Part shown: positions 8,516 through 17,723 of the stretch, in pieces
Layout: every line of letters begins with the position of its first letter
Position numbering within the stretch: position 1 is the first letter of the stretch
Assembly (NCBI GenBank): GCA_039793385.1
Contig: JBAMLU010000055.1
Coordinates: forward strand, 1 to 31,510
Origin: a bacterium
GTDB lineage: Bacteria > UBP14 > UBA6098 > JBAMLU01
Length of the DNA: 31,510 nucleotides
Reading direction: 5' to 3'
Translations under genes and position numbers: made by a program
Notes under the pieces: model-generated
What the model was told of the DNA's origin: nothing
What the model saw: the letters and a program-made list of their open reading frames with translations, nothing else
The model's database searches: none

Positions 8516-10302
8516 TTGAGCTCTTTCGATAGGGTTTTGAGTAGTTTTTCGGCTTTAGATATAAGGGAATCCCTATTGATTATAGAACTACTTGAAGGAG
8601 CAAAGCGAGCAAGTTCGAGCGTATTAAAGAAAGAGCGGAGTTCATCAAGAATCCGGTCATCACTCCCGCGCTCTTTTAATTCTCTAACGAGATCCTCAAC
8701 AAGCGAACCCTCAGCAAGATTGAGCTTATCCACAATGAACCTGAAAAGAGCATCATAAATGAACCCGAAACATTCCGAATCTTCTTTTTCTTTTTTCGCT
8801 TTTTTAAGCCTTTCCTTTGCAACCCTATATGCACGGCTCGAACGATAGAAAGCGATATCGCTTATAAGCCTTTGTCTTCTTCGCTTTATTGCTACTCCCA
8901 ATGCAATTGAAAATAATTCTAAAGGAAAAACAAGGAAATAAACAGCTGGAACGGAAATAAGGCTTGAGACTCCCCTTATATATGGTTTGTTTGGTTTTAT
9001 ATATAAGATATCCTTGCCATACAATTGTAGTGCCTGCTTTGTTGGCGCATATGCCATTGTGGGCAGTGCCGGAAATTCTTTGCCTTTAAGAACGGTTATA
9101 TTGATGGGTTGTGTTGAAACAGTTCTATATTCCTCTTTCGCAGGATTGAAATATGAAAATGTAATGGGCGGTATAACGAAATTTCCTGTTTCCCTTGGCA
9201 TAAGCACTATTTCGAATTCTTTGTTATTCCCCTTTACAGTTGAATGGCTTTCGTATCTTTCGAAAACAGGTGGAAGCTCAAGCTTAGGTTCCTGAATTCC
9301 ATCAAGATTGCCCTTGCCTGAAATAACGACCTTCAGCGTAAACGCTTCATTTGTTTTTATCTCCTTCTTATCTAATGACGCAGAGATTGTGAATTCTCCG
9401 ACAGCGCCGCTAAAATCTGCTGGTTTTCCCTTTTCTGGAAGGGGCAAGATTTCAATCTCAACGGGTTTTGATGTGATTGTTATCTGCTGGGTTCTCCCCC
9501 AGAAGTCGAAAATATCTCTTGGAGGAAGCTGGATAACACCAACAAGTTCAAGGGGTTCTATTCTCTTTTTGCCTGTGCTCACACCATAAATTTTGTATCG
9601 TGAAAGCAACGCAGAAGAATATCTTATACCATTTATAACTTTTGGCTGATATTCGAGCGACTTTGCAGTGTAATCCGTGCTTACCCAGAAACCCTCCATC
9701 TTTGCATCTTTAGAGACCGACAATTGCATAAGATTGAGCCTCGTGTAGAGCCAGAACTCAACCGTTATCTCCTCACCAACATAAGCTTTTTTCTTGCTCG
9801 CCCAGCAAGAGACAAATACCTTATTGCCAGTTTCAGCTTCTGTGCCAAATCTTGGTTCGGCTCTCTTTCCTGATTGTTGTGGCATAGTTTGTTGTGGTGC
9901 TGCCTGCCCACCAGGAAAAACCTCAACTGTTATGGGCTCCGTTGTATAAGTGTTCCCTCCAATGTTTATTGAAAAAGAGGGGATGGTCAGTTTACCGGTT
10001 TTTCTTGGCGAAAGAATATATATGAAATTCTTTGAAACCTTTGTCTCCATCTTTCCACCTATAATATTTATCGATGTTGAGCTTGAAGTTGTTGAGCCGA
10101 GGATTGCCCAGTCAGGCATATCAGGAACATTTGGTGGCGGAACGGAACCAATGTTCGCGCCCTCAACAGTAACAGTTAATTGTACCTGATCGTCTTCTGC
10201 TATGCTTGTCCTATCAACGGAGGAGGTGAAATTTATCTTTTGAGCGATAAGTTCTGAGAAAAACAAAGCAAGAGTAATTATAATTTTACCAGTCCTTTTC
10301 AT
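8512..10302 (-). CDS. batD: BatD-family protein (periplasmic Ig-like repeats, one TM, cytoplasmic tail)
   Basis: SVDRTSI..DQVQLTVTV, YILSPRKTGKLTIPSF, FSGAVGEF and FSYFNP motifs. Start moved from GTG 10317 to ATG 10302, which follows GGAGG and overlaps the batC KDW-stop. Confidence 0.88.
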   Translation of the reverse strand: MKRTGKIIITLALFFSELIAQKINFTSSVDRTSIAEDDQVQLTVTVEGANIGSVPPPNVPDMPDWAILGSTTSSSTSINIIGGKMETKVSKNFIYILSPRKTGKLTIPSFSINIGGNTYTTEPITVEVFPGGQAAPQQTMPQQSGKRAEPRFGTEAETGNKVFVSCWASKKKAYVGEEITVEFWLYTRLNLMQLSVSKDAKMEGFWVSTDYTAKSLEYQPKVINGIRYSSALLSRYKIYGVSTGKKRIEPLELVGVIQLPPRDIFDFWGRTQQITITSKPVEIEILPLPEKGKPADFSGAVGEFTISASLDKKEIKTNEAFTLKVVISGKGNLDGIQEPKLELPPVFERYESHSTVKGNNKEFEIVLMPRETGNFVIPPITFSYFNPAKEEYRTVSTQPINITVLKGKEFPALPTMAYAPTKQALQLYGKDILYIKPNKPYIRGVSSLISVPAVYFLVFPLELFSIALGVAIKRRRQRLISDIAFYRSSRAYRVAKERLKKAKKEKEDSECFGFIYDALFRFIVDKLNLAEGSLVEDLVRELKERGSDDRILDELRSFFNTLELARFAPSSSSIINRDSLISKAEKLLKTLSKELK

Positions 10303-10960
10303 GATATTCGCCTCCACGGATAGGAAGCTCCCGCTGGTTTTGAAGGTTCTTATCGCTTTGGTCTATAAGGTTGAGAATCCTTTCAGCATCCTCCTTAGAA
10401 ATTTCCTCCTTCTTCTCACCTGAGCCACCTTTTTGAGTTGTATCTGTGCCCGTTGTGTCAGGTTGGGGTTGCTGTGATTGCTGATGTTGTGCTCCGCCCT
10501 GTGATTGCTGAGCTTGTGCTTGCGGCTGCTCCTCCTTCTTGGCAAGCTCCTTTAAAAGGGCACGGGCTAACTCAAGATTATATTTCGCATCCTTGTCGTC
10601 GGGGTCATATTCGAGCGATTTCTTATAACACTCTATAGCCTTTAAAAGAGAATCGCTCTGAAAATATGAGTTGCCAAGACCATACCATATCTTCGCTAAC
10701 AAATGGTTATCCCTTGCTTTTTCCGCCGCTTTTTGATACTCATGGACCGCTTTGTCATATTTCTTCTGCTTATAAAGAGCGGACGCCATATTATAATGCA
10801 CGATTGGTGATATTGGGTCATCAAGCTGGGCGTTCTGAAAATTCTCAAGAGCTTTCTCGAAATTCCCTCTTTCGTACTCCTTAATTCCGTTTTTCACTGA
10901 TGACCAGGGTGATGCGATAAGCAAGATAGGAAACATCACTAAAAACATTACCCCTTTCAT
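10286..10960 (-). CDS. batC: BatC-like TPR protein
   Basis: Signal peptide, three TPRs, AKYNLELA, Q-rich linker, ISKEDAERILNLI and a terminal EKDW. Confidence 0.85.
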   Translation of the reverse strand: MKGVMFLVMFPILLIASPWSSVKNGIKEYERGNFEKALENFQNAQLDDPISPIVHYNMASALYKQKKYDKAVHEYQKAAEKARDNHLLAKIWYGLGNSYFQSDSLLKAIECYKKSLEYDPDDKDAKYNLELARALLKELAKKEEQPQAQAQQSQGGAQHQQSQQPQPDTTGTDTTQKGGSGEKKEEISKEDAERILNLIDQSDKNLQNQRELPIRGGEYHEKDW

Positions 10961-11967
10961 CCTTTTCTCCTTCGTCTTTCGGGCAAAATCTCCTCAATTA
11001 TAAGAAGAATAAGTGCAAGTGCGAGCGGATATTGAAACCTCTCCTCGAACTGTGCAAACCTCTCAACCTTTATCTTTTTCTTCTCCATTTCCTCTATTTC
11101 GTTGAATAAAGCCTTAAGTTCAGCCTGACCGGGTGATGCTCTGAAATATCTTCCATCAGTTTCGAGTGCTATTTTCTGAAGAGTTATCTCGTCAAGAAGG
11201 GTTGTAATCACATTCCCATCTTTGTCCTTTTTATATCCGATAAAATTCCCGCTTTTATCCCTCATCGGGATAGGCGCACCTTGAGGGTCCCCGATTCCTA
11301 TCGTATAAATCCTTATCCCATCTTCCTTAGCCTTCTTTATCTCCGTGTCAAGATTGCCCTCATGACTTTCGCCATCGGTAATAATCACGATAGCTTTATA
11401 TTTTCTTTCCCTGTCTACGAATGCATTTCTTGCTATTTCAATTGCGCGTGGTATGTTTGTTCCCTGAGCAGGAAAATCCTCAGGGCTCACGGACTCAAGA
11501 AGCATTGATGCTGCATTGTAATCGGTCGTTAGAGGGCAGAGCAAAAAGGCATCACCAGCAAAAACAACTATCGCAACCCTATCACCTTTAAGACCATTTA
11601 TAAATGACTGGAGCTCATATTTCGCCCTAATGAACCTGTTTGGTTTAAGGTCCTCAGCATACATAGAGTTTGAGAGATCAAGCGCAATAACGATATCAAT
11701 CCCTGTTCGCTCGACTTCCTCAAGTTTTGTTCCTATCTGCGGACGAGCAAGCGCAACAACCAGAAACGCATAAGCAAAACAAATGAGAGCTTGTTTCAGC
11801 CTCCGATTCCTCATTGATACCATCTCCATAAGCCTTTTTAATAGCTCCAGCTCACCAAATCGGGAAAGCAAGTTTTTTTTCATTCGTTCAACTATGATAA
11901 AAAATATTATGAGAGCCGGTATGCCAAGAAGTCCCCATAGTATATTTTGATTTGCAAACCTGAACAT
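10957..11967 (-). CDS. batB: BatB-like membrane VWA-domain protein
   Basis: N-terminal MFRFA...TM...LARPQ; MIDAS DLSNS...GTNI...ITDG; C-terminal ERFQYPL TM. Confidence 0.88.
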   Translation of the reverse strand: MFRFANQNILWGLLGIPALIIFFIIVERMKKNLLSRFGELELLKRLMEMVSMRNRRLKQALICFAYAFLVVALARPQIGTKLEEVERTGIDIVIALDLSNSMYAEDLKPNRFIRAKYELQSFINGLKGDRVAIVVFAGDAFLLCPLTTDYNAASMLLESVSPEDFPAQGTNIPRAIEIARNAFVDRERKYKAIVIITDGESHEGNLDTEIKKAKEDGIRIYTIGIGDPQGAPIPMRDKSGNFIGYKKDKDGNVITTLLDEITLQKIALETDGRYFRASPGQAELKALFNEIEEMEKKKIKVERFAQFEERFQYPLALALILLIIEEILPERRRRKG

Positions 11968-11976
11968 GGTTTTGTT

Positions 11977-12990
11977 CTATGGTAGTTTTTTGAGATATGT
12001 ATTTGATAGAATGAGCTCACCAAGCAATAAAATAAGTACAAGGCTCATCGGAACCCCGGCGAGCTCTTTATACTGAACAAATCTCTGCACCTCGATTTTT
12101 GTTTTCTCCATCTCGTTTATTTCCTTATATATGCGCCTTAGTTTTTCTGTGTCTGTAGCCCTGAAATACTTTCCACCAGTCTCCATTGCTATTTTTTGTA
12201 GAAGTTCCTCATCTATTTCGACGGGCATCTGGACATACCTTTTCCCAAGGAATGGGTCTTCAATAGGATAGAGCGCATAACCCTCAATCCCCATACCAAT
12301 AGTATAGACCCTTATACCGAATGTTTTAGCCAATTTCGCAGCGGTCAAAGGATCTACCTCACCGGTATTATTCCTTCCGTCAGTAAGAAGGATTACGACC
12401 TTGCTTTTTGCGGTAGAATTCCTGAGCCTGCTAACAGCATTTGCAAGTGCAACACCTATCGCTGTTCCATCCTGAATAATACCTGTTCGAGCCTTGCTTA
12501 ACAGATTCAAAAGCATGCCATAATCCACCGTTAACGGGCATTGAGTAAAAGCCTTTGCAGAAAAAAGGACCAATCCTATTCTATCGTTTTCTCTGCCCTT
12601 AACGAACTCCGCAGCTACCTGTTTTGCGGTTTCTATCCTGTTGAGCGGTTTGAAATCCTCAGCGAGCATTGATGTTGAGCAGTCGAGCACAAGCATTATA
12701 TCTATGCCTTTTGTGTAAGATTTCTCAACGCTTCTACCAGCCCGTGGTCTCGAAAGAGCAAGAACAAGAAAAACAAATAGAAGCATCCTTAGGTATGGAA
12801 GGAGGAGTCTCATTTTTACCCTACCGCTTGCCTGTAATCCTTTAAGGCTCTGTAAGCTTGAGAATCTTATCGCACCACTATGCTTGAATTTTCTCTCAAA
12901 AAATATAAGGAGTGGGATAAGAACGAGCAAAAGCAAGAACCATGGTGATGCAAACTCAATAAACGAGCCTCCTGTAAGAGGGATTCTCAT
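11977..12990 (-). CDS. batA: BatA-like membrane VWA-domain protein
   Basis: FASPWFLLLL and LALSRPR N-terminus; MIDAS DCSTS...GTAIG...LLTDG; GIRVYTIGMG; ETGGKYFRA. Confidence 0.9.
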   Translation of the reverse strand: MRIPLTGGSFIEFASPWFLLLLVLIPLLIFFERKFKHSGAIRFSSLQSLKGLQASGRVKMRLLLPYLRMLLFVFLVLALSRPRAGRSVEKSYTKGIDIMLVLDCSTSMLAEDFKPLNRIETAKQVAAEFVKGRENDRIGLVLFSAKAFTQCPLTVDYGMLLNLLSKARTGIIQDGTAIGVALANAVSRLRNSTAKSKVVILLTDGRNNTGEVDPLTAAKLAKTFGIRVYTIGMGIEGYALYPIEDPFLGKRYVQMPVEIDEELLQKIAMETGGKYFRATDTEKLRRIYKEINEMEKTKIEVQRFVQYKELAGVPMSLVLILLLGELILSNTYLKKLP

Positions 12991-13937
12991 ACAGTACCTA
13001 CCTCCTCCTTTTCAATAACAGGTTCCTCATGTTGTTTAGGCATTGTTTCGATGACAAAAGTTTTAGCATCATCAAGAAGTTTCTCGCTTGTGCTTGTCTC
13101 GGGGATGAATTTGGCAAATTTCACATAGTCGGCTGTTCGAAGGATTTCGGTAAGAGTTATTATAGGGGTCTCTTTTATGCCGTTTGAGGCTAAGGCATCT
13201 ATTATCTCTGAGCTCACAAGCTCAAGTGCGGGGATATTAAGAGCATCCTCTATGTATTGGCGAAGGATTTCGGTTAATTCGATGTAGTATGTTTTTATCC
13301 CTTTAGGGTCGCTTTCGGGTGGAACTTTAAGATTTGCAAGCCTTTCGAGGGCAATTTCGTGTGGCGGTCGCATCTGAGCCTTTATCTCGAATAGCCCCTT
13401 TAACTTCTTCCTCTTAACCATAAAGAATATCAAAACACCAGCTAAAACAGCAGCAAGCGGTATCGCAAAGTATAATACCCTCTTCCACGGAAACGGATAT
13501 GCTAATGGTTTTTTAATATCCCTAAGCTGCCAGCTTGACCTCTCTCCTTTTAATAGTGAAAGAACATTTATAGTTATCGGTTGCGTGATTATAACACCCT
13601 CTTTTCCAGCGGAATCCTTATACGCAAATCCTGTAGGTGGAATCTCGAACTTTCCTGTGTCGTAAGTTGATATAACAAAATTGAATATAACAAGTTCTTC
13701 ATTGCCCTTGCTAATAGGTTTCCCTATCTGGAAATCCTTTATTTCGAACTGCCCAAGGTTATGTCCGATAGGTGGTTTTAAAACTGTGTAGCCTTTAGGA
13801 TATCGCATAGTGACCTTATAATTTATTCTATCGCCGATGTAAACCTGGCTCTTATCGACGCTGCTTTCGATACTCACAAGTCCAAGCGCGATTGAACTCA
13901 ACAACATAAGGAGGATAACGCTTGGCAAGTATTTCAT
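12987..13937 (-). CDS. Bat-associated type I membrane protein (BatD-like Ig domain, TM, cytoplasmic helical tail)
   Basis: Signal peptide; SSVDKSQVYIGDRINY; LRDIKKPL; TM; PHEIALERL...YYIELTEILRQYI...ADYVKFAK; position immediately upstream of batA. Confidence 0.8.
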   Translation of the reverse strand: MKYLPSVILLMLLSSIALGLVSIESSVDKSQVYIGDRINYKVTMRYPKGYTVLKPPIGHNLGQFEIKDFQIGKPISKGNEELVIFNFVISTYDTGKFEIPPTGFAYKDSAGKEGVIITQPITINVLSLLKGERSSWQLRDIKKPLAYPFPWKRVLYFAIPLAAVLAGVLIFFMVKRKKLKGLFEIKAQMRPPHEIALERLANLKVPPESDPKGIKTYYIELTEILRQYIEDALNIPALELVSSEIIDALASNGIKETPIITLTEILRTADYVKFAKFIPETSTSEKLLDDAKTFVIETMPKQHEEPVIEKEEVGTV

Positions 13938-14917
13938 TATTCACCCCCGCCGAACTTTATAGCTGGAGCGGAAATCCCGAGACTTTCCGGGTATATCTCG
14001 ATCTTTTCTCCCGCAACAAGCTTTTGAATGAGCTTGCTCTCGTTCTCTTTAGCCTTTGTTCTCATATATTCTTCAACAAGTTCGCCCCGCACATCCTCAA
14101 ATTTCTTACCTTTGTAAATACTATCCTTTTTAGCATCATATATTAGTTTCAGCTCGTATTCTGTTGGGGTTGGTATTGCCTGGCTAATTTCTTTCTCATA
14201 TGCCATCTGAATAAGAAGGTCTTGCTCGATTTTTTCTATGCGGCTCAAATATTTCGGCTCCTTGTTCAATCCCTCACGGAGCGCCAGATTATAAAGCAGT
14301 TCCCTTGTAATGAGATTATTCCTGAGAAATTCTAATCTGCCTTGAGGGGTTGTATATTTTGCTTTAAGGCTTTCTGGAAGGTCGTTTATTGCGTCGTTAA
14401 GGTCGTTTAAAGTGATAGGACGGGTGCCTACTGATGCAACAACCTTATTTGAGGCTTGTGGCGGGTTAATTGATGTTACCTGTTGAAGAAGTGCTTGTGC
14501 ATCGGTGTACCGTCCCAATTTCTCAAGGCATACCACAATCCGCTGGTTTATCTCGGTTGTATAAGGATTATCGGGATAAAGGGTCCTTAGCTTTATGTAT
14601 TTTGCGAGCGCCTTTGCATAGTCGCGAAGATTGTCCATATAAAGGTTGGCAAGGATGTAAAGCATGTTTATTCTCCTTTTAAGCTCAAGCCTCGAGTCGG
14701 TTAGTATCCGCTCATATTCATAAGCAGCCTCAGAATATAGCCCATTATTTGAAAGGTTATTAGCATAGGTTATCGCTTTATCTATATCCTCAACGCCTTC
14801 TCCTTTGTTTATTCTGCCAAGTTTGAATAGTATCACAACGAGAAGCAAAATGGAGAAACTGATTGCTGTTATAGTTATAAATCCCATTATATTTCGGTTT
14901 TTATTACTCTTTTCCAT
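13937..14917 (-). CDS. Membrane-anchored TPR protein fused to a SurA/PrsA-type chaperone domain that lacks the parvulin domain
   Basis: N-terminal TM; TPR-like helices (aa ~45-150); VVASVG.RPITLNDL...RELLYNLALREGL..EP...IYDAKK..Y-KG-KKFEDVRGEL...KIEIY follows the PrsA N/C-domain pattern with no HIL/SxD parvulin motifs. Confidence 0.65.
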   Translation of the reverse strand: MEKSNKNRNIMGFITITAISFSILLLVVILFKLGRINKGEGVEDIDKAITYANNLSNNGLYSEAAYEYERILTDSRLELKRRINMLYILANLYMDNLRDYAKALAKYIKLRTLYPDNPYTTEINQRIVVCLEKLGRYTDAQALLQQVTSINPPQASNKVVASVGTRPITLNDLNDAINDLPESLKAKYTTPQGRLEFLRNNLITRELLYNLALREGLNKEPKYLSRIEKIEQDLLIQMAYEKEISQAIPTPTEYELKLIYDAKKDSIYKGKKFEDVRGELVEEYMRTKAKENESKLIQKLVAGEKIEIYPESLGISAPAIKFGGGE

Positions 14918-14926
14918 TTTAACCCC

Positions 14927-15823
14927 TTATAATCTTCCTGCTCTACGCTTGAAATAAGCAACAAGGGGTTCGATATAATTTCTGCCCGTGACAATCTCGA
15001 TATAATCAACCCCGATCGACTTGAATACCTGTGTTATTTGAGATAACGAGTTTTTTGAGCGGATTCTGAATGTTTCGAGTAAAGATGTATCGTATGTATC
15101 GACAAGGACCTTTTCGCCACTTTCAGCGTCCTCAAGTTCGATTATACCTACCCTTGCCAGTTCAAGTTCGCGTGGGTCACGAAGGATTATTGGAACAAGG
15201 TCATGCTTTCTGGCGGCAATTCTCATTTCTTTTTCGTATCCGCTGTCGAGGAAGTCGGAGATAAGAAAGAGAATTGCCGAACGCTTGAAAAGATTGTTAA
15301 CAAACCTCAGAGCAAGCCCAATATCTGTTTGTTTCCCTTGAGGTTCGCAATAGAGTATCTCCCTTATTATTCTTAGTACATGCTCTTTTCCTTTTTTAGG
15401 TGGAACAAGCCTTTCAATCCTATCGGTGAAAATCAATAGTCCAACTTTATCATTGTTCTTCGTGGCTGAGAAAGCAAGGAGGCTTGCGAGTTCTGCTGTG
15501 AGTTCGCTCTTTAACTCCCCTATAGTCCCGAATTGCCCTGATGGAGACATATCAGCAAGAACAAAAACAGTAAGCTCTCGCTCCTCCTCAAAAAGCTTCA
15601 CATATGGTTTTCCCTGCCGAGCTGTAACATTCCAGTCTATAGTCCTTATATCATCCCCAATTTGATATTCCCTTACCTCAGCGAACTCAACCCCTCTACC
15701 CTTAAATGTAGAGTGATACTGTCCGGCAAAGAGGTCGTTAACAGCCTTTCGTGTTCTTATATCGATGAGCCTTACTTTACGAAGTATATCTTGGGGAGTG
15801 AGTTTTTTCTCGTTGTTTTTCAT
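14927..15823 (-). CDS. DUF58 domain protein (VWA-like partner of MoxR)
   Basis: GQYHSTFKGRGVEFAEVREYQIGDDIRTIDWNVTAR; DMSPS and ISDF MIDAS-like residues. Confidence 0.93.
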   Translation of the reverse strand: MKNNEKKLTPQDILRKVRLIDIRTRKAVNDLFAGQYHSTFKGRGVEFAEVREYQIGDDIRTIDWNVTARQGKPYVKLFEEERELTVFVLADMSPSGQFGTIGELKSELTAELASLLAFSATKNNDKVGLLIFTDRIERLVPPKKGKEHVLRIIREILYCEPQGKQTDIGLALRFVNNLFKRSAILFLISDFLDSGYEKEMRIAARKHDLVPIILRDPRELELARVGIIELEDAESGEKVLVDTYDTSLLETFRIRSKNSLSQITQVFKSIGVDYIEIVTGRNYIEPLVAYFKRRAGRL

Positions 15824-16809
15824 GGCACCTCAACGGTATTAAGTATCTTTCGAATAACATCCTCCGATGTCATCTCTTCAGCCTCAGCCTCAAATGTAAG
15901 AATTATCCTGTGTCTGAGAATATCAAAGGCAACCGCCCTAATATCCTCAGGTGTCACAAATCCCCTGTGCTGCAAGAATGCCCTCGCCTGTGCCGTCGTT
16001 CTTAGGTAGAGTGAAGCCCTTGGACTTGCACCATAAGCAATTATCCCCCTTAGCTCATCGAGCCCGTATTTCTCAGGGAATCGCGTAGCGAAAACTATGT
16101 TGAGTATGTAATCCTCAACCTTAGGATCAACATATATCTCTCGCACCACCCTTCTTGCCCTAATAATATCCTCAGGACCAACAACATCTTTAGCGAAGGG
16201 TAGGTCAGCTTTTGTGTGAAGGCGCATTATTTCGCGTTCCTCCTCGAATGCTGGGTATGTTATCACAACCTTCATCAAAAACCTATCAACCTGAGCCTCA
16301 GGAAGGGGGTATGTTCCTTGCTGTTCTATCGGGTTCTGTGTAGCAAGGACCATAAATGGTTCAGAGAGTTTATATGTTGTATCACCAATTGAAACCTGCC
16401 TTTCCTGCATAGCCTCAAGAAGCGCCGACTGAACCTTCGCGGGTGCCCTATTTATCTCGTCAGCAAGAATTATATTTGCAAAAATAGGTCCTTTTCTTGT
16501 TTCAAATTTCCCGGTCTGCTGATTGTAGATAAGTGTCCCGATTATATCTGCAGGCAAAAGGTCTGGAGTGAACTGTATCCTGTGGAATGTAACCTTTATT
16601 GTATCAGCGAGCGTCTTTACAGCAAGTGTTTTCGCAAGCCCCGGAACGCCCTCAATAAGAATATGACCATCAGCAAGCAACCCTATCATAAGCCTCTCTA
16701 TAAGATATTTCTGCCCAACAATCACCTTCCTTATCTCGTTGAGCATATCATCAACAAAGACGCTCTCGGCTTTGATTTTCTCATTTATTGCTGCAAGTTC
16801 GGGGTTCAT
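15820..16809 (-). CDS. moxR: MoxR-family AAA+ ATPase
   Basis: Walker A GVPGLAKT; RIQFTPDLLPADI; Walker B ILADEINRAPAKVQSALLEAM; ATQNPIEQQGTYPLPEAQVDRF; SD AGGAGG. Confidence 0.96.
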   Translation of the reverse strand: MNPELAAINEKIKAESVFVDDMLNEIRKVIVGQKYLIERLMIGLLADGHILIEGVPGLAKTLAVKTLADTIKVTFHRIQFTPDLLPADIIGTLIYNQQTGKFETRKGPIFANIILADEINRAPAKVQSALLEAMQERQVSIGDTTYKLSEPFMVLATQNPIEQQGTYPLPEAQVDRFLMKVVITYPAFEEEREIMRLHTKADLPFAKDVVGPEDIIRARRVVREIYVDPKVEDYILNIVFATRFPEKYGLDELRGIIAYGASPRASLYLRTTAQARAFLQHRGFVTPEDIRAVAFDILRHRIILTFEAEAEEMTSEDVIRKILNTVEVP

Positions 16810-16817
16810 ATCTCCTC

Positions 16818-17723
16818 CTATTTGTATTCGAGAAGTTTTTGTAATGTCAAAAGGGCATCATCAATCCACTCCTCATCTGCGCTGTATCCTCCAAATCTGA
16901 CAAGATTGCTGTGTTCAAGAAACCTTTCAACATTTTTTGTGAGGCTCTCGGGAAATTCGAGCTCGAAAAACTTTTCGCTCACCTCTTTCGGGCTCCTTCC
17001 GCTTATATCGTATGAATATTTCTCTAAAATGTATGTGCGGAGGATCTTCTCGAGGGCGGAAAAGAATTGAGCCCGAGTAACAGAGTTTCGTGTTCCCTCA
17101 ATGCTTTTGAGTTCCTCGAGCAACCGTTTCTCAACAGGAACAATCTCCTCAACAACCTCCTCTTTTTTAGCTCCTCTTTTTGAAAGAAAAATGAAAAAAA
17201 CCCCACCGGTTGCAATTATAACAAGAGCAATTATCCAGGCGTATATCGGGATTTTCCCCCCTTTTTTTCTCGGCTCGAGAACTGTTATAGAGAATCGGGT
17301 TGATGTTAATTGTCCGGTATAATTTGTGGGGCTAAAGAAGTATTCAACTTTGGTTGGCTCAATATATGCCATACCGAGCGAAGAAGGGGCATATTTGAAT
17401 ATGAACTCCTTAACGCTAAGCGTTACACCACTTCCGCTCTCACTTTTTGTAGCGCTACCCGAACCGACAAGTTTCAGATTGCTTACCGAAGGTAAAAAGT
17501 CCTTGATTGTATAAAGAGTAGGGTCACCTTCAATAATAACCTTGACCGTAAATGCGACCGTATCATCAAGTCGGATAGTGTCGGCTGATAGAGCTGCCTC
17601 AAGCCTGATATTCATAGGTGTTGATTCTGGATTTGTTGTATCAGGAGTGGCAAGGGTATCAAGCCCAAAACTCAACGAATAGAGTAAAACCAAAAATATA
17701 ATTGCCCGCTTCACACCTTTCAT
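16818..17723 (-). CDS. Second Bat-associated type I membrane protein (BatD-like domain, TM, cytoplasmic helical tail)
   Basis: Signal peptide; LSADTIRLDDTVAFTVKV; TM YAWIIALVIIATGGVFFIFL; FFSALEKILRTYI...LVRFGG tail. Start moved from 17750 to ATG 17723 (ATGA overlap with the DUF4340 stop). Confidence 0.72.
   Translation of the reverse strand: MKGVKRAIIFLVLLYSLSFGLDTLATPDTTNPESTPMNIRLEAALSADTIRLDDTVAFTVKVIIEGDPTLYTIKDFLPSVSNLKLVGSGSATKSESGSGVTLSVKEFIFKYAPSSLGMAYIEPTKVEYFFSPTNYTGQLTSTRFSITVLEPRKKGGKIPIYAWIIALVIIATGGVFFIFLSKRGAKKEEVVEEIVPVEKRLLEELKSIEGTRNSVTRAQFFSALEKILRTYILEKYSYDISGRSPKEVSEKFFELEFPESLTKNVERFLEHSNLVRFGGYSADEEWIDDALLTLQKLLEYK

Noticed and set aside
10472-10511. 13-nt direct repeat CTGTGATTGCTGA (x2, 27-nt period) in batC
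   Set aside because: It encodes the Gln-rich linker that is ordinary for BatC proteins.
11873-11880. T8 homopolymer in batB (similar A8 tract near 21684 in the permease) as phase-variation sites
   Set aside because: The tracts are short, the frames are intact, and they encode Lys/Phe runs common in this composition.
17256-17268. A7-G6 run on the minus strand just before the TM of the BatD-like gene, as a slippery site giving a soluble isoform
   Set aside because: No stimulatory structure or conserved alternative frame could be shown; it is explained by the RKKGG codons.
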